A stretch of DNA of 64,000 nucleotides from Chrysomallon squamiferum (lineage: Eukaryota; Animalia; Mollusca): positions 36,332,001 through 36,396,000 of the forward strand of contig CM022665.1 of NCBI GenBank assembly GCA_012295275.1, given 5' to 3'. Below, piece by piece: positions 1-11,900 of the stretch. The position numbers and the translations under genes are program-made. Position 1 is the stretch's first letter; each line of letters opens with the position of its first letter. The notes under the pieces are model-generated. The model had not been told where the DNA came from, made no database searches, and saw only the letters and a list, made by a program, of their open reading frames with translations.

Positions 1-114
1 TTATGATTAGGTACAACATATGATGCAATAATAAATTAATTTCAAAAATTGAAATAAGAACTACAACAATAATGATTTATAGGCTAGCAGAAATGATACA
101 AGTTAGGCGAAATA

Positions 115-178
115 ATGGCGGACAGTTCGGAACATGCAGAAAGGGCACGCGAGTTGATAAAAGTTGGCATTTTGACAG
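115..178 (+). CDS. GPHN: Gephyrin exon 1 ([21 protein letters not shown])
   Basis: ATG at 115; IKVGILT is the first strand of the G domain; donor G|GTCAGA at 179, phase 1. Confidence 0.9.
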
Positions 179-3038
179 GTCAGATCAATTTAATTTGTGA
201 ATGTCATAGCATTATACTTATCCCACTGGCACTTACCAGTGGGTTCATTTCAGCAGTAAGATAAAGAAGCAGACTGTGTGTTTTAATCATTTATTGTCAT
301 CAGTGTAAACATTGACATTGCTAGCGGAATTATACTGATAAAAAATGTTATGGGACACATTTCTAACGATTGATGCCTAGGTTTAATAAACGCAATTTGC
401 CCCCACCGTCCACCTCAGAATTTTTCATTATGAATTAATAAATCATGAAGAATGTAAAGGCTCACTTTTAATTTAGTTTTAATATCAACTTAATTAGATT
501 TTCCATTTGAGAAAATCTTTGTGAGTTTGGTCCATAGTTCCTTAGTTGATCGTATGATACGACACGTTCAGCATAATATTTTATATCACCTTTTTATTAT
601 TGTTCGTTTTTTTTTTTTTTTTTTTTTTTTTTTAGTATGACCGTTTTATTCATGCACTAATTAGCAATCAAAGCAAAAATTTTATACATTGAAATTCAAC
701 AAAACATACATCAATACATGTATTTTAAGTTAACATTATCAGCTTGTTATATTTTCAGTGAGTGATAGTTGCTACAGTGGTCAGGCTGAGGACAGAAGTG
801 GAAAAAACCTCAAGCAACTTATTGATGCAAAAGACCAAAATAAAATGTGAGAAAGAAAATAAGTATTTGATTTCATTAACATCAGATATCATGCCTTTTT
901 ACTGCTTACAATCTGCTCTTCCTAGATACTTGGGGCATTTCATGGTGTGAGTCACATTCAAAGGTTGAATGTTCAACAGTGGTATATTGAAAGCTATGAC
1001 TGGGTTTTCAGACAGTTTGTTTGTCCACATGACATAATTTTCATTTGCCTATAATCATTTTGTTTTATATTTTATCTTTTGGACAGTATGATATAAACTT
1101 TTTTTTATGTTATTCAAAAACAAAAGTAAAAGATGGTGATTACAATATTTTAATCAGTTCTAGTTAAATAGTAATATATGTTATTTTAATGGCAATGTAA
1201 TGATATAGTTTAAAACTTATCTTTAGATGTTATTATGTGCTGTATTTCAGAAACATATTTTTATGTCTGATAACTTTATCCAAAAGTGTAAGGAGGAATA
1301 CAGTATTTTGAAAAGCTAATGTCCAGTGGGAATACTGCTAAAAGAACTACCCCAAAAAAGATTATCAGAACTTGTGTAACAGTTTTTTCCTTTTTTCAGA
1401 ATACACGGGGAGGTGGTCGCTAGTGACATTGTTCCTGATGAACTCGACAAAATTAAGGTAAATATCTGAAATACAATTTAGATTAATTTAGAAAATAATT
1501 GATGATATAAGTAAATGATGAAAAATCTTCCATTTACATGAGAAAGAAGGGAATGTGGCAGCCTCCATTATGCAATCTTATCTATTTACATTATTTCATT
1601 TAAAAATTAATATCATTTTCTATTTCTTTTTTTTCATATATATATAAATTTACCTTGTTGTCTATGAATCATTTTGGTATCAAGATAATGATTAATATTC
1701 TATTGCCATGTAAAATAATATTCTGTTGATGTGTCATTATATTTGTGTAGGTGAAATTGGAGGAGTGGAGTGATAACTTGAAACTTGATGTAGTTCTCAC
1801 CACTGGGGGAACAGGCTTTTCTCCAAGGGATTTAACACCAGAGGTATTTGTATTTGCTGACAGCACATTATTTCTGTTGCTTTATAAAAACTATTATATA
1901 CATAAATATTATTATTATCATCATCAGACACAATATGCTAAAATGAAAACAGCAAAAAATACGAGTACATGTGTATATATCTAGATGTATGTGCTTGTTT
2001 GTATTTGTTTTTCACTTTATTAAATGTCATGGAAGTTCAAGCAAGTTAAAAATAAACTAAGTATCCAAATCAGAAATATGTAGATACATAAAATACTTGT
2101 ATACAGTGATATGAATGATAAATATTCAGAAATTTTTCATTACACAGATCATAATGAATCTGTTATAAGCTATATATTTTCTGGGTTTTTTTTCATAATG
2201 TTCAGTTGTTAACTATTATAATGTTGTTTCAGGCTACAAAAGAAGTCATTGAACGAGAAGCTCTGGGTATCACTATAGCTATGGTTGTGGGCTCTCTTCA
2301 AATCACATCACTGGCCATGTTGTCCAGGTATACTTTCAAAAATCTTGTTTAAAAATTATTTAAGTATCATATATTTTTAATTTTTGGTAAAAATTAAATG
2401 TCTGACAACAGCGTAATGCAAAGAAAATACTAGGTAGATGACTAAGAAATAGTTATAAAACAAATTTACATACAGAAATAATTTCTTGATAATTATTTCT
2501 TTTTCCTTTCTATTTTATTTTCTGTTACCTGGAGGTTAAAGCATTATTCTGATATATAAAATGTGTGTATATCTGCATGTTTACATGCATGCATGTTTGT
2601 GTTTTAAACCATATATATTCTCATCTTCTCTCTCTCAACCTCTCCATCTATCCCTGTGTGCTTCACTCTCTCACCACTTAATTATTTTGGAATTATGTTT
2701 AATTACAGTTTTGTTATTATAGGTTTTATATTTAATTTCAGATTAACTTGTGGAATAAGGAAAAGGACATTAATAATTAATTTACCTGGAAGCAAGAAAG
2801 GGTCAGAGGTCAGTTAATTTTGGAATACATCACTTAAAATATTCTTTATAGTATTTTTTCTTCATATAATCATAATTTGTTCTGGCCTCTTTATTAGTAT
2901 TTTTTATTTTTATTTATTAACATTTTATTTTTTTAAATTTACTGGGATTATTATTATGATTGTTATTAACATCGTTAGTTAATTTACTGTTAATGTTAAA
3001 ATTATTACTATTAATTATTATTACTGTTATTACTTTGC

Positions 3039-3075
<37 letters not shown>

Positions 3076-6000
3076 TTATCCATGCAGAAAGAAGTGAAAA
3101 AAATACATTACTAAATCTTTATTAAGAAATATAAAAATCAAATAATTAAAATAACAGTCATAATTGATATGTGTTAATATTTGTTTTTTTCCATGTGTGT
3201 TTTTTTAAAAGGAATGTTTCCGACTGGCTTTGCCAGGTATTCCTCATGCTGTAGATTTGTTGAAAGGACACAGTGACCATGTTAAATCAACTCACCAACT
3301 GCTGCAGTCTGAAGATGTACAGGTAAGAATTTTTATCATTGTTCTTTTTCTTCTACTTCCTCTTCTCCTTATTATTATTATAAAAAAAGAAAAAAAAGAA
3401 AATTGTTTTACTGTAAAGGTTAATGTGTTACATCATCTTTGTATTATGTGGTGATTCTTAATAACTGCAGTTTGTGATATTATTTTAAAAAAAAAAAAAA
3501 AAAATTCTTTCTTCCTAATTTAACAATAACTGATGTAGTGTAACTAGAAAAAGGTCCATATATATGTGAAGTAATAAATATCTCAGACAGTGTTGCTTCT
3601 GAATGACTGTTTTATTTGGTTTTGGCCATCCAGTGAATTTCATAATATAATAAAATCCATTTTTTGCTTTTGATATCTTCTTCAGAAGAAAAACATATCA
3701 ATAATGGTAGATTTGTATTTTGCAGAGGGCTTTTGTTTGGCCCTTACATATTATAATTATGCATATTTGTTTTAATTTGAAAAAGGTAGCCACTTCATTC
3801 ATAAAAACTTGTGTTGTGGAACAGGAGATAATTTGTGTTTATTTTTATGACAAATATATATACACGATAATCATTCCAAGTTGTAGACGTTACTGAATCT
3901 GATACATGATTTCAGATGTTAGTTTATAGTTTACAACAGTGTACAAGTATGGTCTTAAATCTCTTAGTACTTTCATAACCATTTTGATGGTGTATGGTAT
4001 ACTTTATTTGTAAAGATACTTTTTTCCCTTATGTACCTGCATGGTTTGAATTGGTGAATACCATTAATGTCACCTTATTACAGCTGAATGGTGGACAAGA
4101 AATTGTGACACAAAGCACTGATTCTTCAGATCACACTGATAAACAGGAATTTCATGACAGTATCACACAGAAAGAAGCTGGCTCTTTTAGTCTTCCTATT
4201 AAACCTGTACCAGTGTACAGAACCCAGGATGAGACTGGTAGTAACATTGTTGTGAAACATTCAACAAATCAGAATCAAAGCGAACATGCTGTTTTCAATT
4301 CCAAAACTAGTGATGTGTGCAAATTCTATTTGATGACAGATCCATCCAGTCAAAACCAGCATTATATTGTTGTCAACAATATTGTATGTAACAGAGATCA
4401 GGAACAAATAAATGTTGCTTCTGAGCTTGATTCATGTGATGATAACACTGCTGATGTAGAACCCACAGATGTTTCTGATCCACAAGCTGAATTTGAGCAT
4501 TTGTCCAGAAAACCTGTATTACAGAGAAATCAAACCAGTTTGTTGCCTTTAAACAGTGTAATCACTGCACAAAGCTCAAATGTAACTGAAAAAAGGAAAG
4601 CACAAAAAAGCACAGATATTTATGACTTTGAAGAAGCTTTGAACCAGGATGATTCCAGTCTGAACACAGATGGCAAGATAAGCAATTTATCAGGCTATAT
4701 TCTGAAAGCTAACATACACAAGAGCTCTTTTGAAGGAGAAGTCATTTTTGTTCCAGTTGGAACTGAACTTAAGCAGTTCTTAAAATCACATCCAAAAATT
4801 CGTGGCATATATCTGAACAAAGGAAAGCGTGATATAAAACGAGCTCTGGTTACTGTGAAGAGACAGGATGGTGCTGTTGATACAGGAAGCTGGAAGAGAG
4901 GGAAACAGGTTCATGAACGGAATCGATTTGATGACTGGTTTGAACTCACTGAGGAAGGAAGGAAGAAGAAGCTGGAAGTTGAGAAGAATGTTTCAAGAGA
5001 TGTGTATGTTGTCAATTGGTATGTGTGGTGCCCTGGGTATGGAAATTGTTTAAGAAGATGTGGATCATATGGACAGTGCAAGCCAGGTTAGTTCTTCAGT
5101 GATTTAATGGTAATTCAGTTTAAGTGACAAATGGCATTTGCTTTATAAAAGCAGTGAAAAAGAAGTTAATAGAACTTGTGGAAAGAATATAGATAATGAA
5201 TAGCAAAAGAAAACTTTTTCTCAGTTTTCTGTGAAAAAGAAAATATTTGTGATTTGTTGAGCTTAAATGTGATTAAATTCAGAAGTAATTATAAATATGA
5301 ACTCAGGGCAGGCATGAAATTTGGAACTAAATAGAAGAAAACCTATACAAAAAAAGTTCATCTGAACAATTCTATATACTTCTACTTGTTTATTTTATAT
5401 ATTATTGGTGACCAAACTTTACATCAAAAGCCTACATTAAAATATTAACATTGCCATTTGTTTTTGTTTCTTATGTACTTCTTGTATCATATGTCCTATT
5501 AAGACAGTTAAATATACTTTGCTCTTGCATGCTAATATTCACCATCTTTGAGCAAGTCATTGGCAAAGTTACAATCTCTGTCAAATATAAAGAAAAAGGA
5601 TCTATTGATTTATAATATCAAATGTCTGTTTGTTTCAGACTGTCCAGGAAAGAATCACAGGCAGGACAGACACAACTGCAGCTTTATGGTCAACCTCAAA
5701 CTGTATCTTAGCAACCTAAAAGAATGGCGAGTGCACCTCACTGGTTCTCATGTTCCACCTGAATCTGGTTGTGTGTGGAAACCACCCCCACCATACATTC
5801 AGCGACTTTCAGAAGACAAACGTGATGCCATTATTCTGCATTCCAAAGAGACGACAAGTTCTACAAAAATAATGGAGGTTCTGACAAGTGAGCCTGATGA
5901 TGAGATGGAAAAAGCAGCAATTTCCAAGCGTAAAATCAGCAGGTTTCTGTCAAGTATGAAAAAACGTAGAAAATATCATTCCTATGATTATAAAAAGACT

Positions 6001-8312
6001 GCCTCTGTTAGTGAGAAAATGTCTGGAGAAAGTGCATCAGTGTCTGGTGAATTGTCCAAAGATCAAGAAAAAGTTGAAGAAAGTAGAAATGATAACAGTA
6101 AAACTGAAAATTCAGTTTCTCAGACATTCAACCAAAGTACAGATTCAGCCTCATTTGGAACAGAACAAAATATATTAGATGTTAAAAGCAGATCTTTGGA
6201 TAAAAACCTTACTGTTATAAAATGTTTTAAGATAGTTGATGCTTCTGGTAAAGTTACATACTTTAAAACCGGTGATAAAGTGACCTGAGGTAGTAGATAC
6301 TAGACATAGAAAATTAATATAACTTCTGAATTTGAATGTGCCTCAGACAGAATAATCTCAGCTAATAAATGAAAACTGCAGTGGAAAAGTGTTGATATAA
6401 CAATATTTATAACATTTCTGATTACTTCAGACATGTGACACAGGACTTAAATTTTTTTTACATAAAATTGTATTTTTCTAAAATAAAACCATGACAATTT
6501 AAATTATTTTTGTAGAAAAGCTCACTATCTAGCAACAAAGAATCATATCATGCATTCTAAATTATTATTTTGCTTAATTCATGAAAAAAATGGTAAATCA
6601 ACCAGGGAACACTAAAAGTGCAACAAGATGAATGAAATTTTTTATTATCAGTATTTTTATGTAATTTTATATTTATTAATAATCTTATTCAGAAATGCAC
6701 AGCATATTTTTTGCAAATGGATGTGACAGAATATCTGCATGTTCACAAGTACAATAATTACTGTGATAATAATAGAGAAGAATGGAATAAAGAAATCTGT
6801 TTTCATTGATAACAGTGATACTACAGGTATCAGCATCAGAATTTAAAAATGGCAGATTTGATTGATTTGTATTATAGCGTTGCAGACAGTTGAATGCATT
6901 CTACTGATCTCATTGATTCATATATTTTTTCAAACAACTGAACATATATATTTTTTTCTCAATTTTCAAAATTAAATAATGGTTTATTATGTGTTAGTGA
7001 CCACATATATAATTACAGTGTATTATATATTTTATAAAATTTATTCCTTTATTATATTTATATATACTGAAATGGTCTTTGTGTACAACATTATTAATAA
7101 AATTTTAAATAATTATTCTTACAGTTTTTGTTTTGTTATTGTAACTGAAAATATTTTGTAGTTAAACATTGGTTTTACAAATATAATAAGAATACGAATT
7201 ACTTTCCATTATCATAGACTAATAGTTTGAGGTTTTATTAATGCTATAAAAATAAGCTTTAAAAAGCAAAGGTTTAATAATTAATATGACTTGTTATGCA
7301 TATTAAATGTAATTATTTTCCTTTTTATTCTTTTTTCTTCAGAAAAACAGTTAAATTTAATGCAAATAGTTGATAATTTTCATTGATTTATTTATTTATA
7401 AAATTACTACTACTACTATTATTATTATTATTTTAAATATATTTATTGGGACAAACACAGCAGTTCTAATAATTAATAATTGCTTCTGAGTCAGTATACA
7501 ACAAACTTCTTTTAACTTTTTGGAATTATATGAAGCAGAATTCTAGAAACTACATCTGAATATGTAATGATGCATCAGGAAAAAAACTTAATTATTGGTC
7601 ATAGATAATTACTTTGTTATACTGATGATTAATAATTATGTTAAATTCAATACTTAATCTAAAACATGGGAGAAAAGTTGTACAAAAACAAACTGGAGAA
7701 ACTGCACGAGTTAATATTTAACTTAAAATATATTACAGTACAGAGCATATTGTAAAAGAAAAACATAACATTTCTATCAAAGTATTTCATGCCACCACAA
7801 AATGTAACATGCATATCTCCAGTTCTTTGGATATTAATGTAATATCTCACAGTATCAGCTTTTAGAGTTTGGGAATGCATCCAGTCAACTTTGTCAGTCT
7901 TTTCTGTATAGGCAGGCATCCAGTATGTTTGTAATTTTGTTTTCTGTTTGAAATATTATTATCTGGACTTAGATATGTATTATACATAACTGTAAATTTC
8001 TTTATCTGGACTTAGCTGTGTGTATTATATATGACTTAAGTTTCATTATCTGCACTTAGCAATATGTATTGTACACAATTATAATTCAGTTAACAAGGTA
8101 CATTCTATGTGATTTAGTATTGTTAAATAAATGGAAATATGTATGCTTTTCAAAAATAATGTCCATCAATATATGTCCATCAATATATTAAATGAAATTT
8201 TCCCAGCCACATAATGTTTTATTGGTTTTTGTTTTTATCTTGGCCATATATACATACATATGAACAGGTATGCTTATAAGTAATATGCATGTAAACTTAG
8301 AAGATAAAATAG

Positions 8313-8371
<59 letters not shown>

Positions 8372-8888
8372 TATTTTATTATAATTTATTCAATTTTTTA
8401 AAACATTATATATATTATTATTATTTATTTTTTTCATTTATCATTTCTTATCATTTTTAATTTCCTTTCAGCATGGAGACAAGGATATTTTATCACATCC
8501 ACCACCCAGTCATCATTCTGATAACCTACCAGGACATCATGATCATCACCATCATCATCACCATCATCACCACACACACAGCAGTAGTAAGTATGATGTG
8601 ATTTATTTTATAATTATTACTATTAGAAATGTCTTTTGGACATTAACCTTAAATACATGAACTTCATTTTTTATTCTTGAAGCTGATATTTTTTTAAAGA
8701 ACATTATTCTTAACTTATTAATTTGTGAAATAACTTTACTTCTTTTTTGATAATGTTGATAATACAACTTTTCCAGCCTCAGTGTTTTGTATATCAGAAG
8801 TCTAAAAAAATATATATTTATTAATTTATATCCATTGTTTTATTTTATTTTTTTATTTTTTCTTATGTGTTTTTTATTTCTTTCTTTT

Positions 8889-8930
<42 letters not shown>

Positions 8931-11900
8931 ATTATTATTATTATTTTGCATATAAATATATTATGAAGGATTTGTCATATTTTCTATTATGAATATTAGA
9001 ACAAATGTATGAGATGATGTTTTAATGATAAATAGTAAGTCATTGTTAACCCTGACATATATATGAATATTATTACATTGTTCCCCTTTGATTTAATCTT
9101 AGTGATGTCTTGAACACAACTGTAAGGATATTCATAAACACATCTCAGCTAATACAGGTGTATTTGTCACAGATGTTGTGTGGAATATTTCAGAGAGTCG
9201 TTCTGTTCTTAAGATGACAGGTTTTATTTGCTTTCATTTGATTTTAATTTTTTTGTTATTTATTATTATTATTTGATTTATTTATTTTTTGTTTTGTTAA
9301 TACTAGTTATATCAAACCTGCAAGTATAAAACATCTGTCATAATTTTACATATTAAAATTTTATAGCTACAATTTTAATTTATTAGTGTCTTTTTTCACT
9401 TTCTTTTTTTATCAGGTCATGTTGATGCCAGTAAAGTTGCCAGGCGACCAAGAGAATCTCCATATCCAATGATTTCAGTGGAAGAAGCTTTGTCTATTGT
9501 TCTGGACAATGCAGCAGTGTTACAAGTGGAACAGGTAACTCTGAAAGGTAAGCTTGTCCTTAGCTTACTCAGTGTATACATGATGGTCAACCATGTATGT
9601 GTGACAGTGTCCTAAATCTGTGACAGATACTCATTGTTTTCTGTGATTGAAGGGTTTCCTATTTTTCATATGGTTTGTGTGTGAGTGTGTGTGCGTGTGC
9701 GTGCGTGTGTGTGTGTGTGTGTGTGCATGCATGAGAGAGAGAGCACGTGCATGTTTGTGTATGTGTGTTTAAGTGTAGGTATATGGGTTGGTGTGTGTGT
9801 GTGTGTTTGCATAATTTTTAACAGGAACAAAGGATTTTTTTTTTTTTTTAAATATTCTGCTAGAGACATGTAAGAATGTATACATGTATATTACTAAAGT
9901 TAACAAAATATTATTGCTGAAAAAGTTGCCAAATATCAGAAACAAAAATAGCGTCTATATAAAAATAAAAAATACATTTTCTTGTTCATTTGTTGTTGCT
10001 TTTTTAGAAGGTCTTGGCAGAAACCTGGCTGAGGATGTGTATGCCAAAGATCCCTTGCCACCATTTCCAGCTTCTATCAAAGATGGATATGCAGTGATAG
10101 GTGATTTATATTCTTTATATATGTATATTTATATATATATCCTTAGAATACTGAGTTACAAAATGTATTTATAAAACTATTCTGTTTAATGATAGGTGAT
10201 ACTAATAATTTTTATATCATCTGAACAGATTCTAATACTAGTAAGAAAATCAAGGTGGAAAAAGGCTAAAATTAAGTGAAACTTTCAGGGAGATAACTCT
10301 AACACACTTTGGGAAACTGAATAATACTTAACCTTTGTTTCTAACAATTGATTCATACAAAATAGATTGGTAAGACTGAGTGTTGGTGTTTTATCACATT
10401 AAAACTGCTGTTAAATATATCCAATAAAATTAAAAAATATTCAGAAAGTTTAACACAGACTTCAAGCTGAAATGACGTTTATTATAAAGAAGAAAAATAA
10501 AATTACTGATCAGCTTAAAACAGGTGAATATGCAGACTGTGTATATAATTACTGCATAATATTTATTGAAGTAAACAAGTGTGGGTTTTTGTGTGTGGTT
10601 TTTTTTGGCTTTATAGTGGTTAATATTAATTGCACTTGAAAATGGCAAAGTATAATAATAATCGAAAAATGAAGATGAAAGGCCAGATGTTGATTTCCTG
10701 TTGTTTCCTAAGATGGATCATTGCAGGGTTTCATTTTTCTATAGCTGTTGTTGTCTGATCATAAACTCCCAGTTTTATTAAATTATAGACTTATGGTACT
10801 CCAACTTGGGTTAAAAACAAAGTGAAAAATAAAATGATAAATAAATAAATAAATAAATAAATAATAAATAACTCTAAGATCTTAAAGGGAAAGCTGCCAG
10901 AGGGAGATTTGTTTTTAATATTTTTATTCACCATGTCTCTCTAACTGTATCAAATGTTGATATGTCACTGAAAAATAGGATTAAATAAGGATAGTCCATG
11001 AGTCATTTTAAAATAATGCAAAGATTTGTTATTAACTGATATAATTAAATTTTTGTGCCTTTTTTTAATGTAGAATATTATGTGTTACATAGATTTTGCT
11101 TTTTCTCTATATCTAGCAAACGAAACTTAGATATTAACTGAACATGGTCACAATATCAAGATGAAAATGTTAGCAATAAATAACTTTTCATTAACTGGGA
11201 AAATGTCAGAAAAAGAAATGTAAATAAATTAAATACAGACAGACGCACAGGGAGGCAGACAATAAGATAGGAATAAAGAGGGATTGATAGATAAACAAAT
11301 ATATATAAATAGACAGATAAATAGATAGATAGAGAGATAGATAAACAGACAGACAGAAAAAGTTTTACATAGGGATTGGTAGATACATAGGCATAGAGAG
11401 ACAGACAAAAGGAGAGATACATTTCCAGATTCTTCATGTTGTTGTTGATTGTTGTTTTACAGATCTGATGTCACAAATATCATGTCTCTCATTTATTAAT
11501 TAGTTTATCCTCCCACACTGTTTTTGAGATTTCTCTCAGTGTTAATATCGTCTTTAAACATTATCTAACTGGTAAGCCTTGAATCATGCCTCTCATAATA
11601 ACAAAGCTCATCCTCATGCTTCATTATTTTGTAATCTGCACCAACTCCCAGGTTAATTAATTGTCACATCTGTCACTTTGTGCACAATTATGATTGATAT
11701 AGGTATTATCATCTGTTGGTAATAGTATCTTAATTATTTGTTAATATTATTTTATTTTTCGTTTGCTTTTTTTTTTTTTTTTCCTTTTTTTTTTTTTTTA
11801 TATCTATCTTACTATCTGCCTGTTATCTACATTTACTTAATCTACATAGTAATAATAATAATAATAATAATTTGGTCCATGCTTTTTCTTCACTTGTTGT

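Noticed and set aside
3994-4083. ATG at 3994 as the start of an independent nested gene
   Set aside because: The first 30 codons look like intron (T-rich, ending in ttattacag), and the acceptor at 4083/4084 matches the exon 7 phase. Disfavoured but not excluded without transcript data.
5548-5638. N-terminal part of the 246 aa ORF
   Set aside because: The TTG start is not credible in a eukaryote, and this part lies upstream of the strong acceptor at 5638, so it is intronic.
8159-8186. 14 bp direct repeat (ATGTCCATCAATAT x2) as a transposon target-site footprint for exons A/B
   Set aside because: The copies are adjacent rather than flanking the exons, and no matching TSD or TIR was seen on the 5' side. 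Simple slippage explains it.
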